A model generated the notes under the pieces. That model was not told where the DNA came from. It ran no database searches and saw only the letters and a list, made by a program, of their open reading frames with translations. Positions 1-14,000 of a DNA stretch of 64,000 nucleotides are shown in pieces (position 1 is the first letter of the stretch; each line of letters opens with the position of its first letter). The translations under genes and the position numbers were made by a program. The DNA comes from Pecten maximus (lineage: Eukaryota), in NCBI RefSeq assembly GCF_902652985.1, contig NC_047032.1, positions 23,064,001-23,128,000 on the forward strand, written 5' to 3'.

Positions 1-945
1 GCATTTGACAGTGACCCATGGTCAGTTTAGAATTGGGTTAGAGTGACTGAGGTCAGGGAGTTGGGGTTTGGGGAGTGGGACAGTGACCCATGGTCAGTTC
101 AAGACAGGGTTAGAGTGACAGAGGACAGGGCGTTGAGGTTTTGGGAGTGGGACAGTGACCCATGGTCAGTTCGAGACAGGGTTAAAGTGACAGAAGTCAG
201 AGAGTTGGGGTTTGGGGAATGGGACAGTGACCCATGGTCAGTTCGAGACAGGGTTAAAGTGACAGAAGTCAGAGAGTTGAGGTTTGGGGCATTTGACAGT
301 GACCCATGGTCAGTTCAAGACAGGGTTAGAGTGACTGAGGTCAGGGAGTTGAGGTTTGGGGAGTGGGACAGTGACCAATGGTCAGTTTGGAATGGGGTTA
401 GAGTGACTGAGGTCAGGGAGTTGGGGTTTGGGGAGTGGGACAGTGACCCACTCAGTTCGAGACAGGGTTAGAGTGACAGAGATCAGGGAGTTGAGGTTTG
501 GGGAGTGGGACAGTGACCAATGGTCAGTTTGGAATGGGGTTAGAGTGACTGAGGTCAGGGAGTTGGGGTTTGGGGAGTGGGACAGTGACCCACTCAGTTC
601 GAGACAGGGTTAGAGTGACAGAGATCAGGGAGTTGAGGTTTGGGGAGTGGGACAGTGACCCATGGTCAGTTTGGAAAGGGGTTAGAGTGACTGAGGTAGG
701 GAGTTGAGGTTTGGGGCATTTGACAGTGACCCATGGTCAGTTTAGAATTGGGTTAGAGTGACAGAGGTCAGGGAGTTGGGGTTTGGGGAGTGGGACAGTG
801 ACCCACTCAGTTCGAGACAGGGTTAGAGTGACTGAGGTCAGGGAGTTGGGGTTTGGGGCGTTGGACAGTGACCCAGGGTCAGTTTGGGATGGGGTTAGAG
901 TGACAGAGGTCAGGGAGTGGGGTTTGGGGAAAGGGACAGTGACCA
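1..945. repeat. G-rich 72-bp minisatellite (~13 copies, runs off the left edge)
   Basis: Unit ~gagtgactgaggtcagggagttggggtttggggagtgggacagtgacccatggtcagtttggaatggggtta; starts at 41 and 113 give period 72, matching the 24-aa periodicity of ORF 43..471. Confidence 0.95.
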
Positions 946-1406
946 TCTATAATAATTTATTGAAACAGCTTTAAAGAATTAGAAATTAATCGAATGAAAC
1001 AATTACCAGTATCATTTTTTTAACATATATGATACTAACATTTACTGCATTTTTAAATGAAACTGCCATATATACTGAATACAGATTATCTGAGACAAGG
1101 TGAACAATGTGGGAGAACATATCTAGTCAGGGTGTACGTACTATAATAATGATACAATTACATTGTATATATATCATTTTAACTGATACCTAATTTAGGA
1201 CTATACAAGTTACTGGCACCTTATAACCATATAAAACTTTCTCTGGGAATTAACAGCCTGACTATGTATCTACTGCTACACAGAATTTATATAATAATGC
1301 ATGTTCAGGTTAACAATGTTATTCTTACATATTACAGAGATCCAATGTTAATTTTTTTATGGATGAGATAACTCCTATCTTTAATTACCCTGGACACAAG
1401 CGCCGG

Positions 1407-1545
1407 CCATAATATGTCCACATTTTCACAACTGTCGACCATTATGCCCACACTTTTACAAGTATCGACCATTATGCCCACACTTTTACAAGAGCTCACC
1501 ATTATACCCAAACTTTCATAAGTGTCGACCATTATATCCACATTT
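1407..1545. repeat. 30-bp minisatellite (~4.5 copies)
   Basis: Repeated gtcgaccattatgcccacacttttacaa-like unit. Confidence 0.8.
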
Positions 1546-1607
1546 TGGCACGTCCTTAAATGACCCTGGCTGTTAAGGACGTTAAACAAAAACAAACCAA
1601 ACCAAAC
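1546..1607 (+). mobile_element. 3' fragment of tRNA-derived SINE
   Basis: tggcacgtccttaaatgaccctggctgttaaggacgttaaacaaaaacaaaccaaaccaaac matches the 3' end of the full SINE at 22683-22901. Confidence 0.85.
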
Positions 1608-3064
1608 AATGATGTCATAATGGCAATTTGATCATCTCATATCAACGTCTTGCATATTAGAGGGTCAAAAACTAGCCAACAAAAAATAGAATAACATATA
1701 TATTGTATATGATTTCTCCTCCTTGGCGTGAGACCTGTAGTTAATGACCTGACAACATTGTATTGTCTCCGTGATGCTATACAATTGTTGTGAATTGGAA
1801 ATACTCCCAGCACATGACAACCGCGGCTCTGAAAGGTTTTGGTTTTTGGGCAGAAGAAGCAGATAAATGTTTATTCTGCCTGGAATTTGTATATCTGTCA
1901 GTGTGTGAGATAATAATCAAACATGTGTCTGTTCCGTGGACAGAAAAATCTCTGTCAATTAATTGTTCTGTAAGAGTTTTTTGCTGGCCAGCACTCAGTG
2001 AACTCTCCCTCATCTGGACAAGCTGAGATATCTTTGCCCACTGAACAGGCCCAGACTGCTGTTTCAGTTTTGTTTTCCATATCAGTAATCCGATTTTGAC
2101 ACAAGTATTGAATTGGTACTTGTTATATTTTTTACATGTTAATGCAATATCTGAATGTTTTAAGCTTCATTACATACCCCTTAACTAAGTGTAAAAAGCA
2201 AATACATGTTTCATTAAATCTTAAATGTTTTCTTACTAAATTATCAATTTTCTGAAACTTTTGTGACATTTTAAAGTGCCAAACTATTTTGAAAGAACAG
2301 TTTTCAAGGCAAATAATTATTATAATTATAACTATTGTTCAGATAATTTGTCCAGTGATAAATATTTCATTTCTTTATTAATATGAGAAACAAGCCATTT
2401 TGAATCTATTGAAAGCACACAAATGAAAAAAAAACATGCTTTAATAAAAATATAAAATTCTTATATTTTCAAAACAAATTTTCCCCAATTTTAAACTTTA
2501 AAGTTTTAGCACAGACTTGACGATCCATGATTTAAAAAAAAATTCCAACTATCAACAGATTTATTTAATTTTTATAAAAATATTTTGTCCTAGGTGGAAA
2601 TATATTTCTGATTTTTTAAGGTGGTCTATCCTGGGGTGTCACAGATCTGCCAGCTTACCACAGGGGTTTTCTCTGGCTACTCTGGTTACCAATCCAACAG
2701 TAATTAGACCTGTGCTACCATCCGGGTCAACAAGCATGATTAATATAAATTAACAACAATAATGATAATAGTATGTTTAATGTAACTTGTTTTGCAACTA
2801 TTGTAAACTATATTAAAGTTAACATTTACATAGATCTCTGATGCCACCTTAATGAACCTTTTAAAAAATGAATTTCAATACTGAACTAAAATCAGTGAGT
2901 ATTTCCTATAAATTCGTGTTTTAAAGCTTACAAATCTCTATGTGAAAAACATAACTGATGATTTTTTTTTTTCACTTCTACAATGATAACAGTGTATAGA
3001 CCTCGGTTTGATATTGTCATAATTATACTAAACATACCTCTCATACAAACAACAGTTGTCTCCC

Positions 3065-3416
3065 CTACTCATCCATTATTAAATTTGTACTGGTAAATTC
3101 ACTTGATGGAAACTTATACATAAAAACAACTCATTCATTATAAAATTTGTACTGGTAAATTTACTCCATGGAAACTTATACATAAAAACAACTCATTCAT
3201 TATAAAATTTATACCGGTAAATTCACTCCATGGAAACTTAAACATAAAAACAACTCATTCATTATAAAATTTGTACTGGTAAATTTACTCCATGGAAACT
3301 TATACATAAAAACAACTCATTCATTATAAAATTTATACCGGTAAATTCACTCCATGGAAACTTAAACATAAAAACAACTCATCCATTATAAAATTTGTAC
3401 TGGTAAATTCACTCCT
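3065..3416. repeat. 62-bp minisatellite (~6 copies) with alternating variants
   Basis: taaaaacaactcattcattataaaattt...ggtaaatt..ctccatggaaactta; starts at 3121, 3183, 3245; gtactggt and ataccggt variants alternate. Confidence 0.9.
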
Positions 3417-5168
3417 TAATTTTGTGTCCGTATCCAACATACAATTTATTTGTACTTGCAGAAATATATGGTAGTCTACTTTGGGTAATTTTTCTCCTTG
3501 CAACTATGAGCTTAATGTCCTACATTTTATTGTTTTTTGTCAGTGAAGATGGATACTGAGTGCCCTAGTGTTGTCCATCTTTAGATGACCTTTAATGACT
3601 GGGTTAAGGAGTAGGGGTGCTCCCCTCACCTCCACCTTATCCAGGACACACACTCCATGGGTCATCCCTGCTCCAACCTACCTTGGCCTGATTCCAGGAC
3701 ATTAAATGAATTCCACCTCATCTTAAATTAAGTTTGCACCAATGTCTGATACCGTATTAATATCTGTTTGAACTGAAATATTTATTATCTACTAATGGTG
3801 AATTACTGGGTATGATTAGCCAGGAATCCCAATAGTGAGTCTTAGTGAAGACTCCATTAGGATATTGTTCCTATACATGAGTCCTATATATCTCCATTAG
3901 ACTTCCAGTTCAAAAACCAGTTCCCTACAATCATGCTCCATATAGCTATCAAATTATATAGGGGAATATTCACCAGAAGTAACCAAAACATTCCTAGTTC
4001 CTTCTAGAATGTCACCAATCTGCATAAAACTCAACATCCCCTTATGCATTTCTAACCATAATAATATCTTATAGAACCATTGCATGATTCCACATATATA
4101 TATCAATGTAGAAGCCTGTGTGTCACATGACCTGTGAAGAGCATATTGATTGGAGGAGAGAACCTAAAACAGTTGTAGTGAATGTTTTCTGGCAGTCAGG
4201 CAACAGCCACCGGCCCATTGATGCCTCTCCACTTATTGATTACTTGAGAGAGGTAAAAATCATTCTGGAATTACATAAACACACGGATCTCTCCCGATCT
4301 CCTGTTTACACTGTCGTGTAAGGAGAAACTGTCTACCACCTAAACAGGGAATGAGCTTGGCATGTTTTATTGCCTTAGATTGCGTTCGGATTATCTCCCT
4401 TGTAATGAACTGTATTATGAGGCAGCTGACATTCTAATGACTATTTTGCAGTAGACTTGTTTTGACTTTTTGACGTTTGACCTTTTTGACTTGTCCTTTG
4501 ACCTTATTTTCCTGTTCCGTGACTTTTTTACCTTTGACCTTGTTACCTTTGTAATTGTGACCTCACTGCTACTGATTTTTTTATGTTTGGTTTTTTGGTT
4601 AATTTGGATGTGTTTAAGTTTGTCTGTTGATCTATTTGTATATTTTTGAGTGTCTCTGTAGGTAAATTTTGATGTTTTTTTTTTGTCTCTTAGTGAATTG
4701 ATGCATTTATGTTTTTTTGTTTGTTTGCTGGTGAATTTGTATGTTTTTGAGTTTGTTTGCTAGTGAATTTGTTTGTTTTTAAGTTTGTCTATGAGTGAAT
4801 TGGTATGTTTTTGGTTTTGTCTTATCATGAATTTGTATGTTTTTTAGTTTGTCTTCCAGTGAATTGGTATGTTTTTGAGTGTGTCCACTTGTGAACTTGT
4901 ATGCTTTTGCATTTGTCTGCTAGTGAACTTGTGAATTGTGAATTTGTATGTTTTTGAGTTTGGCTTCCAGTTAATTTGTATGGTTTTGAGTTTGGCTTCC
5001 AGTTAATTTGTATGGTTTTGAGTTTGTCTTCCAGTTAATTTGTATGGTTTTGATCGAGTTTGTCTTCCAGTTAATTTGTATGGTTTTGAGTTTGTCTTCC
5101 AGTTAATTTGTATGGTTTTGAGTTTGTCCTCCAGTTAATTTGTATGGTTTTGAGTTTGTCTTCCAGTT

Positions 5169-5218
5169 GGGGGCCGTGGTAATAGGACGTTAAACAGAAA
5201 CAAAACAAACAAACCAAA
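5169..5218 (+). mobile_element. Internally deleted mini-SINE (head joined to tail) with 13-bp TSD
   Basis: gggggccgtggt + aataggacgttaaacagaaacaaaacaaacaaaccaaa, flanked by ttgtcttccagtt on both sides. Confidence 0.75.
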
Positions 5219-5296
5219 TTGTCTTCCAGTTAATTTGTATGGTTTTGAGTTTGTCTTCCAGTTAATTTGTATGATTTTGAGTTTGTCTGCTAGTGA

Positions 5297-5521
5297 TTTG
5301 GTTTATTTTGTTTAACGTCCTATTAACAGCCAGGGTCATTAAAGGATGTGCCAGGTTTTTGAGGTGGAGGAAAGCTGGACTACCTGGAGAAAAAACCATC
5401 GGCCTATATATACGGTCAGTACCTGGAAACTGCCCCATATAGGTTTCAAACTCTCAACCCAGAAGTGGAGGGCTAGTGATAAAGTATGTGTCCGGACACT
5501 TCAACCACTCAGCCTTCGCGG
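5297..5521 (-). mobile_element. tRNA-derived V-domain-like SINE, diverged near-full copy
   Basis: Reverse complement of the 22683-22901 element: tail gtttaacgtcctattaacagccagggtcatt, ggtggaggaaagc core, head remnant ccactcagccttcgcgg. Confidence 0.85.
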
Positions 5522-5699
5522 TATGCTTTTTGAGTTTGTTGCTTGATGGATTTGTATGTTTATGAGTTTGTTTGGAGTTTTTAGATGATTTTTGTTAGTT
5601 GAGTTTGTTTGCCTAGATAAATTATTTAGTATTTCCTAACTTGAATTCAAATTACTTCAGCTCCATCTCACATTAAACAGTCCACAAGGTTTTTTTATC

Positions 5700-6645
5700 T
5701 GTACCCCTGTATCATAAATAGTGTAATATTTATAAACAGATAAAACTCCTGTATCATAAATAGTGTAATATCTATAAACAGATAAAACCCCTGTATCATA
5801 AACAGTGTAATATCTATAAACAGATAAAACCCCTGTATCATAAATAGTGTAATATCTATAAACAGATAAAACTCCTGTATCATAAACAGTGTAATATCTA
5901 TAAACAGATAAAACCCCTGTATCATAAACAGTGTAATATCTATAAACAGATAAAACTCCTGTATCATAAATAGTGTAATATCTATAAACAGATAAAACCC
6001 CTGTATCATAAATAGTGTAATATCTATAAACAGATAAAACCCCTGTATCATAAATAGTGTAATATCTATAAACAGATAAAACCCCTGTATCATAAATAGT
6101 GTAATATCTATAAACAGATAAAACTCCTGTATCATAAATAGTGTAATATCTATAAACAGATAAAACCCCTGTATCATAAATAGTGTAATATCTATAAACA
6201 GATAAAACCCCTGTATCATAAACAGTGTAATATCTATAAACAGATAAAACCCCTGTATCATAAATAGTGTAATATCTATAAACAGATAAAACTCCTGTAT
6301 CATAAACAGTGTAATATCTATAAACAGATAAAACCCCTGTATCATAAACAGTGTAATATCTATAAACAGATAAAACCCCTGTATCATAAATAGTGTAATA
6401 TCTATAAACAGATAAAACTCCTGTATCATAAACAGTGTAATATCTATAAACAGATAAAACCCCTGTATCATAAACAGTGTAATATCTATAAACAGATATA
6501 ACCCCCTGTATCATAAACAGTGTAATATCTATAAACAGATAAAACCCCTGTATCATAAATAGTGTAATATCTATAAACAGATAAAACCCCTGTATCATAA
6601 ATTAAATAGTGTAATATCTATAAACAGATAAACTCCCTGTATCAT
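5700..6645. repeat. 42-bp minisatellite (~22 copies)
   Basis: ccctgtatcataaatagtgtaatatctataaacagataaaac; explains the 14-aa periodic ORFs 5657..6598 and 5695..6471. Confidence 0.97.
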
Positions 6646-7134
6646 ATGGATTTTCAAGTGACAACTCAGCATACTGATTGATAATTTTGTTTAGGATCAT
6701 TCTTCCTTTCTATTCAGCGTTCTAGTTGTCAGGTTACAACTGTCACTCAACAAGATGCAGTGACCACCTGGTCTTTACAGGTGAAGATTATAATCCCATG
6801 TAGGTAGCCCTGTACCACAGGTCAACCAATGACTTCAAAGTCAAAAAATACATAATAACTTACAAATATTAACTAATCAGGCCTATATACATATCATGTC
6901 GGCCCTGGTACGCTGAGAAAGAATCACCTACGAACAGCTCATTATCTTTTCATGACTGTTTCAATTAAGGCTGTTATGACAGCAAATGAATAAATCATCA
7001 GGCTTTCCTACATCAACGTAGGATGAAAACATCCCCTGTAGAAAACCTCAGTAATATCACCAATACACATATATCTGTGTGTATGTAATTTTACACCTGT
7101 ATCCAGCATACAAAGTGTTTAGGAGAATGCATAA

Positions 7135-8960
7135 GGTTTACGGGTAACATACAGTACACACACCAGAAATTATACAGGTAATATACAGTACACACACCAG
7201 TAATTATACAGGTAATATACAGTATACACACCAGTAATTATACGGGTAATATACAGTACACACACCAGTAATTATACAGGTAATATACAGTACACACACC
7301 AGTAATTATACAGGTAATATACTGTACACACACCAGTAATTATACAGGTAATATACGGTGTACACACCAGTAATTATACAGGTAATATACAGTACACACA
7401 CCAGTAATTATACAGGTAATATACAGTATACACACCAGTAATTATACAGGTAATATACAGTACACACACCAGTAATTATACAGGTAATATACAGTAACAC
7501 ACCAGTAGTTATACAGGTAATATACAGTATACACACCAGTATTTATACAGGTAATATACAGTACACACACCAGTAATTATACGGGTAATATACAGTGCAC
7601 ACACCAGTAATTATACAGGTAATATACAGTACACACACCAGTAGTTATACAGGTACATATGCAGTATACACACCAGTAATTATACAGGTAATATACAGTA
7701 CACACACCAGTAATTATACAGGTAATATACAGTATACACACCAGTAATTATACAGGTAATATACAGTACACACACCAGTAATTATACAGGTAATATACAG
7801 TAACACACCAGTAGTTATACAGGTAATATACAGTATACACACCAGTAATTATACAGGTAATATACAGTACACACACCAGTAGTTATACAGGTAATGTACA
7901 GTATACACACCAGTAGTTATACAGGTAATATACAGTATACACACACAGTAATTATACAGGTAATATACTGTACACACACCAGTAATTATACAGGTAATAT
8001 ACAGTATACACACCAGTAATTATACAGGTAATATACAGTATACACACCAGTAATTACACAGGTAATATACAGTATACACACCAGTAATTATACAGGTAAT
8101 ATATAGTATACACACCAGTAGTTATACAGGTAATATACAGTACACACACCAGTAATTATACGGGTAATATACAGTACACACACCAGTAGTTATACAGGTA
8201 ATATACAGTATATACACCAGTAATTATACAGGTAATATACAGTATACACACCAGTAGTTATACAGGTAATATACAGTATATACACCAGTAATTATACAGG
8301 TAATATACTGTACACACACCAGTAATTATACAGGTAATATACAGTACACACACCAGTAATTATACAGGTAATATAGAGTATACACACACAGTAATTATAC
8401 GGGTAATATACAGTATACACACCAGTAATTATACAGGTAAGCATTATTTTATTGACCAAATTTCACAAATCTTGATTCTTCAATCAAATTACAATTTCTT
8501 ATGCAAAATGCGAACTTACAATCCACGTTAGCATCGACATTATACAACATGAACAGACGAAGATTATGTTTTAATTTTGTTTAATTTGTACATTATCATG
8601 TATCTTTACCCAAATATGGAGGTTATGTTACTACACTGGTAGTTTTACTAATCTTGCAATTTCAGATAAGTCGAAGTTGTGTTTCTTAAATCCTAAATAA
8701 ATTTAAGAAGATACTTGATATTCTTAATAGGTACAATTTTTTAAGTGTCTCGTAAGCCAAATATGGCTGGACATTTTTTACTCTAATTGGTATTTTTATC
8801 TATCATGACTGTGTTTTTACCATGTTGTAAAAATGTGTGACACTCTAATAAATAAAATATTGTATTGTATTGTATTGTATTGTGGTAATATACAGTACAA
8901 ACACCAGTAATTATACAGGTAATATATAGTACACACACCAGTACTTATACAGGTACATAT
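7135..8960. repeat. 34-bp minisatellite (~40 copies), interrupted at 8441-8883
   Basis: caggtaatatacagtacacacaccagtaattata; starts at 7175 and 7209; resumes at 8884. Confidence 0.95.
8441..8883 (+). mobile_element. 5'-truncated LINE 3' end with (ATTGT)n tail
   Basis: Frame from 8459 reads NFTNLDSSIKLQFLMQNANLQSTLASTLYNMNRRR, resembling a LINE ORF2 C-terminus; then aataaa and (attgt)5; ggtaa duplicated at 8436-8440 and 8884-8888. Confidence 0.7.
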
Positions 8961-8969
8961 GCTGGGTAC

Positions 8970-9220
8970 TGCTCAAGCAATACATGTCCCCTTAGTACTG
9001 GCCCAGGCTGAAAAAAGTAACAGTGATCTTGACCTTGACTTAAAAGCCCTTCAACTCAAATCTGATTTCTAGCAGATCATACTGAAATTATAGACTAACT
9101 TTCACCTTCATACCCATACTTGAAGCATGGCTGAGAAAATTGTGTAAAACTGAATGGACCGATGGACTCGATGGACGGCCCAACAGACAGACAGACAGGC
9201 GGATGGAAAGGAAGCCTATA
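8970..9220. mobile_element. Degenerate non-autonomous interspersed repeat (gaccttgac / (GACA/GACG)n type)
   Basis: gtgatcttgaccttgac motif and ggacggcc..cagacagacagacaggcggatgg microsatellite, a layout common in bivalve Helentron-associated/MITE-like repeats. Confidence 0.4.
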
Positions 9221-11069
9221 CATGTAGTAAAGCAACTGCAGTCCCATGTATGTTGTAATTAAAACAAATTTCATACAAGATAATGTTATATGAAAAGTTT
9301 TTAAACAAGTAATAAATTACAAACATAGACTGTGGTTACAACTATGCTAATTCAAGTTGGCAATGTTCGATACATTTAATATTTGTGAAAATTTTGCATT
9401 TTATTCTAATTAAATGTATAACTATGCTCACCTCATGTTTGTCAATATGACATGTTTAGTACCACAATAACAGTAAATTTATACACTGCAAACTCTTTAG
9501 TAAGTCAATATTTAAATTTGGACAAATTAGAAACCTGCATCGAATATAACAAAATTTATTACTGAATATGATTCAGTCAATCAGAGGCCGTGGTGGACAT
9601 CTTGGATGTTTGACGCAGAAAAAAAAAGTGAAATGCATAACAAGAAATCATCCTGGGTATGTAACCAAGGTTTGATGAGGATATAACTTTACCCATATGA
9701 ATAGTTTCTGAGTTAAGTCCGGCAAAATGCCAGAAGAATATTAAATAATGAAAACACAAATCAGTAGGAAATGAGTCACCATACTTCTTTCAGGGTGTCT
9801 TTAAAATACGGACTAAAAACAATATGTTCCCAAACTTTGTTAGGAGCTCGAGGACCTAATTATCTGATACATTGAGTTGAGCAATAACAACTAGCTAGAA
9901 TTAAACTATTAAAAGAGACCAACTTCCTGTTCAATGTGGAATGTTGTGAGTAGAGATTAATCAAAACGGCAGATCAAAATTGTTACATCATCAAATTTAA
10001 TATAATGATACAAGCCATTAGTCTCAGCTCACCCATATCAAATCCATATCAAATGCATTAAATTCTAATATTGTATAGTATTAAATTTCTGGAGTTCATA
10101 TCACTGATGAGGTCAACTACACATCATCTCAGCTAACCAATCATATTCTGTAACACCGTATTATGTGTAATAGGTATCCCCAACACCACATTGTCATACC
10201 ATGACCGATGTATTATTTTATTAGGTAAAGTGGTGTTAGATGGCTGCGATGTTTGTTTATTGATTGGTTTCATAGTAATACAGTGATATATATATAAATA
10301 TACAATCACTTGTATTTCCAACACAAATCCCTAGCGTGAATCCCTGACACATACCTATGACACATCTCCCTTGAAACCACATATGTCAATAACCTATCAT
10401 TATCTATGCATCATCAATGTACGCGTGCTGTGAATTCTGATACTACCCTGAACTAGCTGTGCATTAGAGAATAAAATATAGACTAATAATCCTTCACTAC
10501 ATGTATATAAAGGAACTGCAGTCCCACCCAAAGACCCAATTCCCAATGGCAATGTACATAATTTAGCCTATATTTCCCCAAAATGAATATAAATATTGCC
10601 ATATTCTGAAAATTGCTTAAAATCACCAAAAAAAAAAAAAAATGAAAATATAATAGCAATTGAATTTTAATGACATCAAATAGATGAGAAGAAAAAACAG
10701 CCAAATGAAGTGTGCCCAATTCCTGCAAAGCTAGCTAGGATATACTGTGTACTTAAGCAAATTGGCTAGCAGACAAGTCCTAAAAATACTTCTTTCTAGC
10801 TTAAGGACAATTTTAAATGAGTTATTATATTAATTTCATATCCAAGATTTTTCAATTAAATACCAATAACAAATAGTAACTGAACAATTCTATATCCTCA
10901 TGTGAAATTACTATTATAATTAAAATCCAATATTTACTAATGAAGCTAACCTTATCAGTTGAAAATTATCCATGTACTCATCTACTTTGACAGGTCACCA
11001 TTACAGATTCAATGTCACACTTATTGGTGAATGAAATACTCAAAGAGTGTCACACTCACTAATCGAGCG

Positions 11070-14000
11070 TAATTAACACTCACTGATCCAGTCTAACAAT
11101 CACTGACCCAGTCTAACACTCACTGATCCAGTGTAACACTCACTGATCCAGTCTAACACTCACTGATCTAGTGTAACTCTCACTGATCCAGTCTGACACT
11201 CACTGATCCAGTCTAACACTCACTGATCCAGTCTAACACTCACTGATCCAGTGTAACACTCACTGATCCAGTGTAACACTCACTGATCCAGTCTAACACT
11301 CACTGATCCAGTCTAACACTCACTGATCCAGTCTAACACTCACTGATCCAGTCTAACACTGACTGGTCCAGTCTAACACTCACTGATCCAGTCTTACACT
11401 CACTGATCCAGTCTAACACTCATTGATCCTGTCTAACACTCACTGATCCAGTCTAACACTCACTGATCTAGTCTAACACTCACTGATCCAGTCTAACATT
11501 CACTGATCAAGTTTAACAGTCACTGATTCAGTCTAACACTCACTGATCAAGTTTAACACACACTGATCCAGTCTAATACTCACTGATCCAGTCTATCACT
11601 CACTGATCCAGTCTAACACTCACTAATCCAGTCTATCACTCACTGATCCAGTCTAACATTCACTGATCCAGTCTAACACTCACTGATCCAGTCTAACACT
11701 CACTGATCCAGTCTAACACTCTCTGATCCAGTCTAACACTCACTGATCCAGTCTAACATTCACTGATCCAGTCTTACACTCACTGATCTAGTCTTATACT
11801 CACTGATCCAGTCTTACACTCACTGATCCAGTCTAACACTCACTGATCCAGTCTAACACTCACTGATCCAGTCTAACACTCACTGATCCAGTCTAACACT
11901 CACTGATCCAGTCTAACACTCACTGATCCAGTCTAACACTGACTGGTCCAGTCTAACACTCACTGATCCAGTCTAACACTCACTGATCCAGTGTAACACT
12001 CACTGATCCAGTCTAACACCCTCTGATCCAGTCTTACACTCTCTGATCCAGTCTAACACTCACTGATCCAGTCTAACATTCACTGATCCAGTCTAACACT
12101 CACTGATCCAGTCTAACATTCACTGATCCAGTCTAACATTCAATGATCCAGTCTTACACTCACTGATCCAGTCTAACACTCACTGATCCAGTCTTACACT
12201 CACTGATCCAGTCTAACACCCTCTGATCCAGTCTTACACTCTCTGATCCAGTCTAACACTCACAGCTCCAGTGTAACACTCACTGATCCAGTCTTATACT
12301 CACTGATCCAGTCTTACACTCACTGATCCAGTCTAACACTCTCTGATCCAGTCTAACACTCACTGATCCAGTCTAACATTCACTGATCCAGTCTAACACT
12401 CACTGATCCAGGCTAACACTGACTGATCCAGTCTAACACTCACTGATCCAGTCTAACACTCACTGATCCAGTCTAACACTCACTGATCCAGTCTAACACT
12501 CACTGATCCAGTCTAACACTCACTGATCCAGTCTAACACTCACTGATCCAGTCTCACATTCACTGATCCAGTCTAACATTCACTGATGCAGTCTAACACT
12601 CACTGCTCCAGTCTAACACTCACTGATCCAGTCTCACATTCACTGATCCAGTCTAACACTCACTGATCAAGTCTAACACTCTCTGATCCAGTCTTACACT
12701 CGCTGATCCAGTCTAACACTCACTGATCAGTGGCGTAGGAAGCGGGGGGGCAGGGGGGGCAATTGCCCCCCCACTTTTTTCAGTGGGGGGGCAAACATAT
12801 CTGTTTGCCCCCTCCCCCACTTTTTGACATCCAAAATCTAAAAAAGGGAAAAAAACACGAATTTATATTTTCATTTCGATAAATATCTGTATATTTTCGA
12901 ACCGATAATGTTTTCTTGAAGGCAACGATAAAAACTTTATCTTGTACATCCGGAACATTCCGACTTTTATACTAGTATATCAATCCTTAGACCTGTGTGT
13001 CGGTCGTCTGCAATAGCCTGGTAAGTCAATATTTATATCTTAATACGAAATTTTGCTTAACTTCATCACATAGATTCAGTAAGTTGATGATAATTTGTGA
13101 AGTTAATTGAGTTCATAATGAGAACAAGACAGAAACACAACATGAATAAGAATGCGCGGTTCTAACGTGAATAGAGTGATACTAATTACCGACAGGTAAG
13201 AGGAAATACAAAAAAAATTCGGCTCGCGCCTACGGCGCTCGCTTTATCACTAAATTACTGCCCCTCCTTTCGATTGCAGATCCACAGGGGGGCTTTGCCA
13301 CCCTGGGACCCGCTGGGCGGCCCCCAGACCTCTCGCAAAAAGGGGAAAAAAATTGGCTCGCTCGCGCCTACGGCGCTCGCATGATCACTTAATTACTGGA
13401 CCCCCTTTCGAAAACTCCTGGATCCGCGCCTGATCCCGAATTATTGGAAATGTGCTATATTCATTTTCCGCGGAGGGCTTGGACCCCCTTGAACCCCCTA
13501 TCAGGGCGCGGCCCCTCAGACCCCTCGTAAAAAAAAATTTTTTTAAAAATCGGCTCGCGTCTACGGCGCTCGCATTATTACTAAATTACTGGACCGCCGC
13601 CCTTTCGAAAATCCTGGCCGGGCCTGGTGATTCATGTTTTGCCATAAATAATAGATCCTGATTTGCGTAAATAACTTATTTTGTACTACATAAATTATCA
13701 AAATCATCATGGGATGTTGAAATGATAATTATTGCCTAATTTTGCGGAGATGGCATACGATTTGTTTAGTGCGTAAAATTTAAGGTTAAAAAAAAATTAG
13801 CCCCCCCACTTTTTGACGACTTCCTACGCCACTGCTGATCCAGTCTTACACTCACTGATCTAGTCTAACACTCACTGATCTAGTCTAACACTCACTGATC
13901 CAGTCTAACACTCACTGCTCCAGTCTAACACTCACTGATCCAGTCTTACACTCACTGATCCTTTCTAACACTCACTGATTCAGTCTAACATTCACTGATC

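Larger units (their letters stand above)
4600..5600. repeat. Degenerate ~31-bp T/G-rich minisatellite interrupted by SINEs
   Basis: gagtttgtcttccagttaatttgtatggtttt repeated; homogeneous at 4950-5290, degenerate on the flanks. Confidence 0.8.

Noticed and set aside
43-974. ORFs of 61-142 aa with repeating WDSDPWSV
   Set aside because: Translations of the 72-bp minisatellite; broken by indels and without splice or start context.
1777-4340. Possible further RIMS exons (zinc finger) in non-repetitive stretches at 1777-2130 and 3500-4340
   Set aside because: No CxxC zinc-finger or other RIM-like peptide in the frames I read; candidate acceptors run into stops.
5657-6598. 313-aa and 258-aa minus-strand ORFs, the longest in the track
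   Set aside because: The 42-bp unit is a multiple of 3 and lacks stops in two frames; pure repeat.
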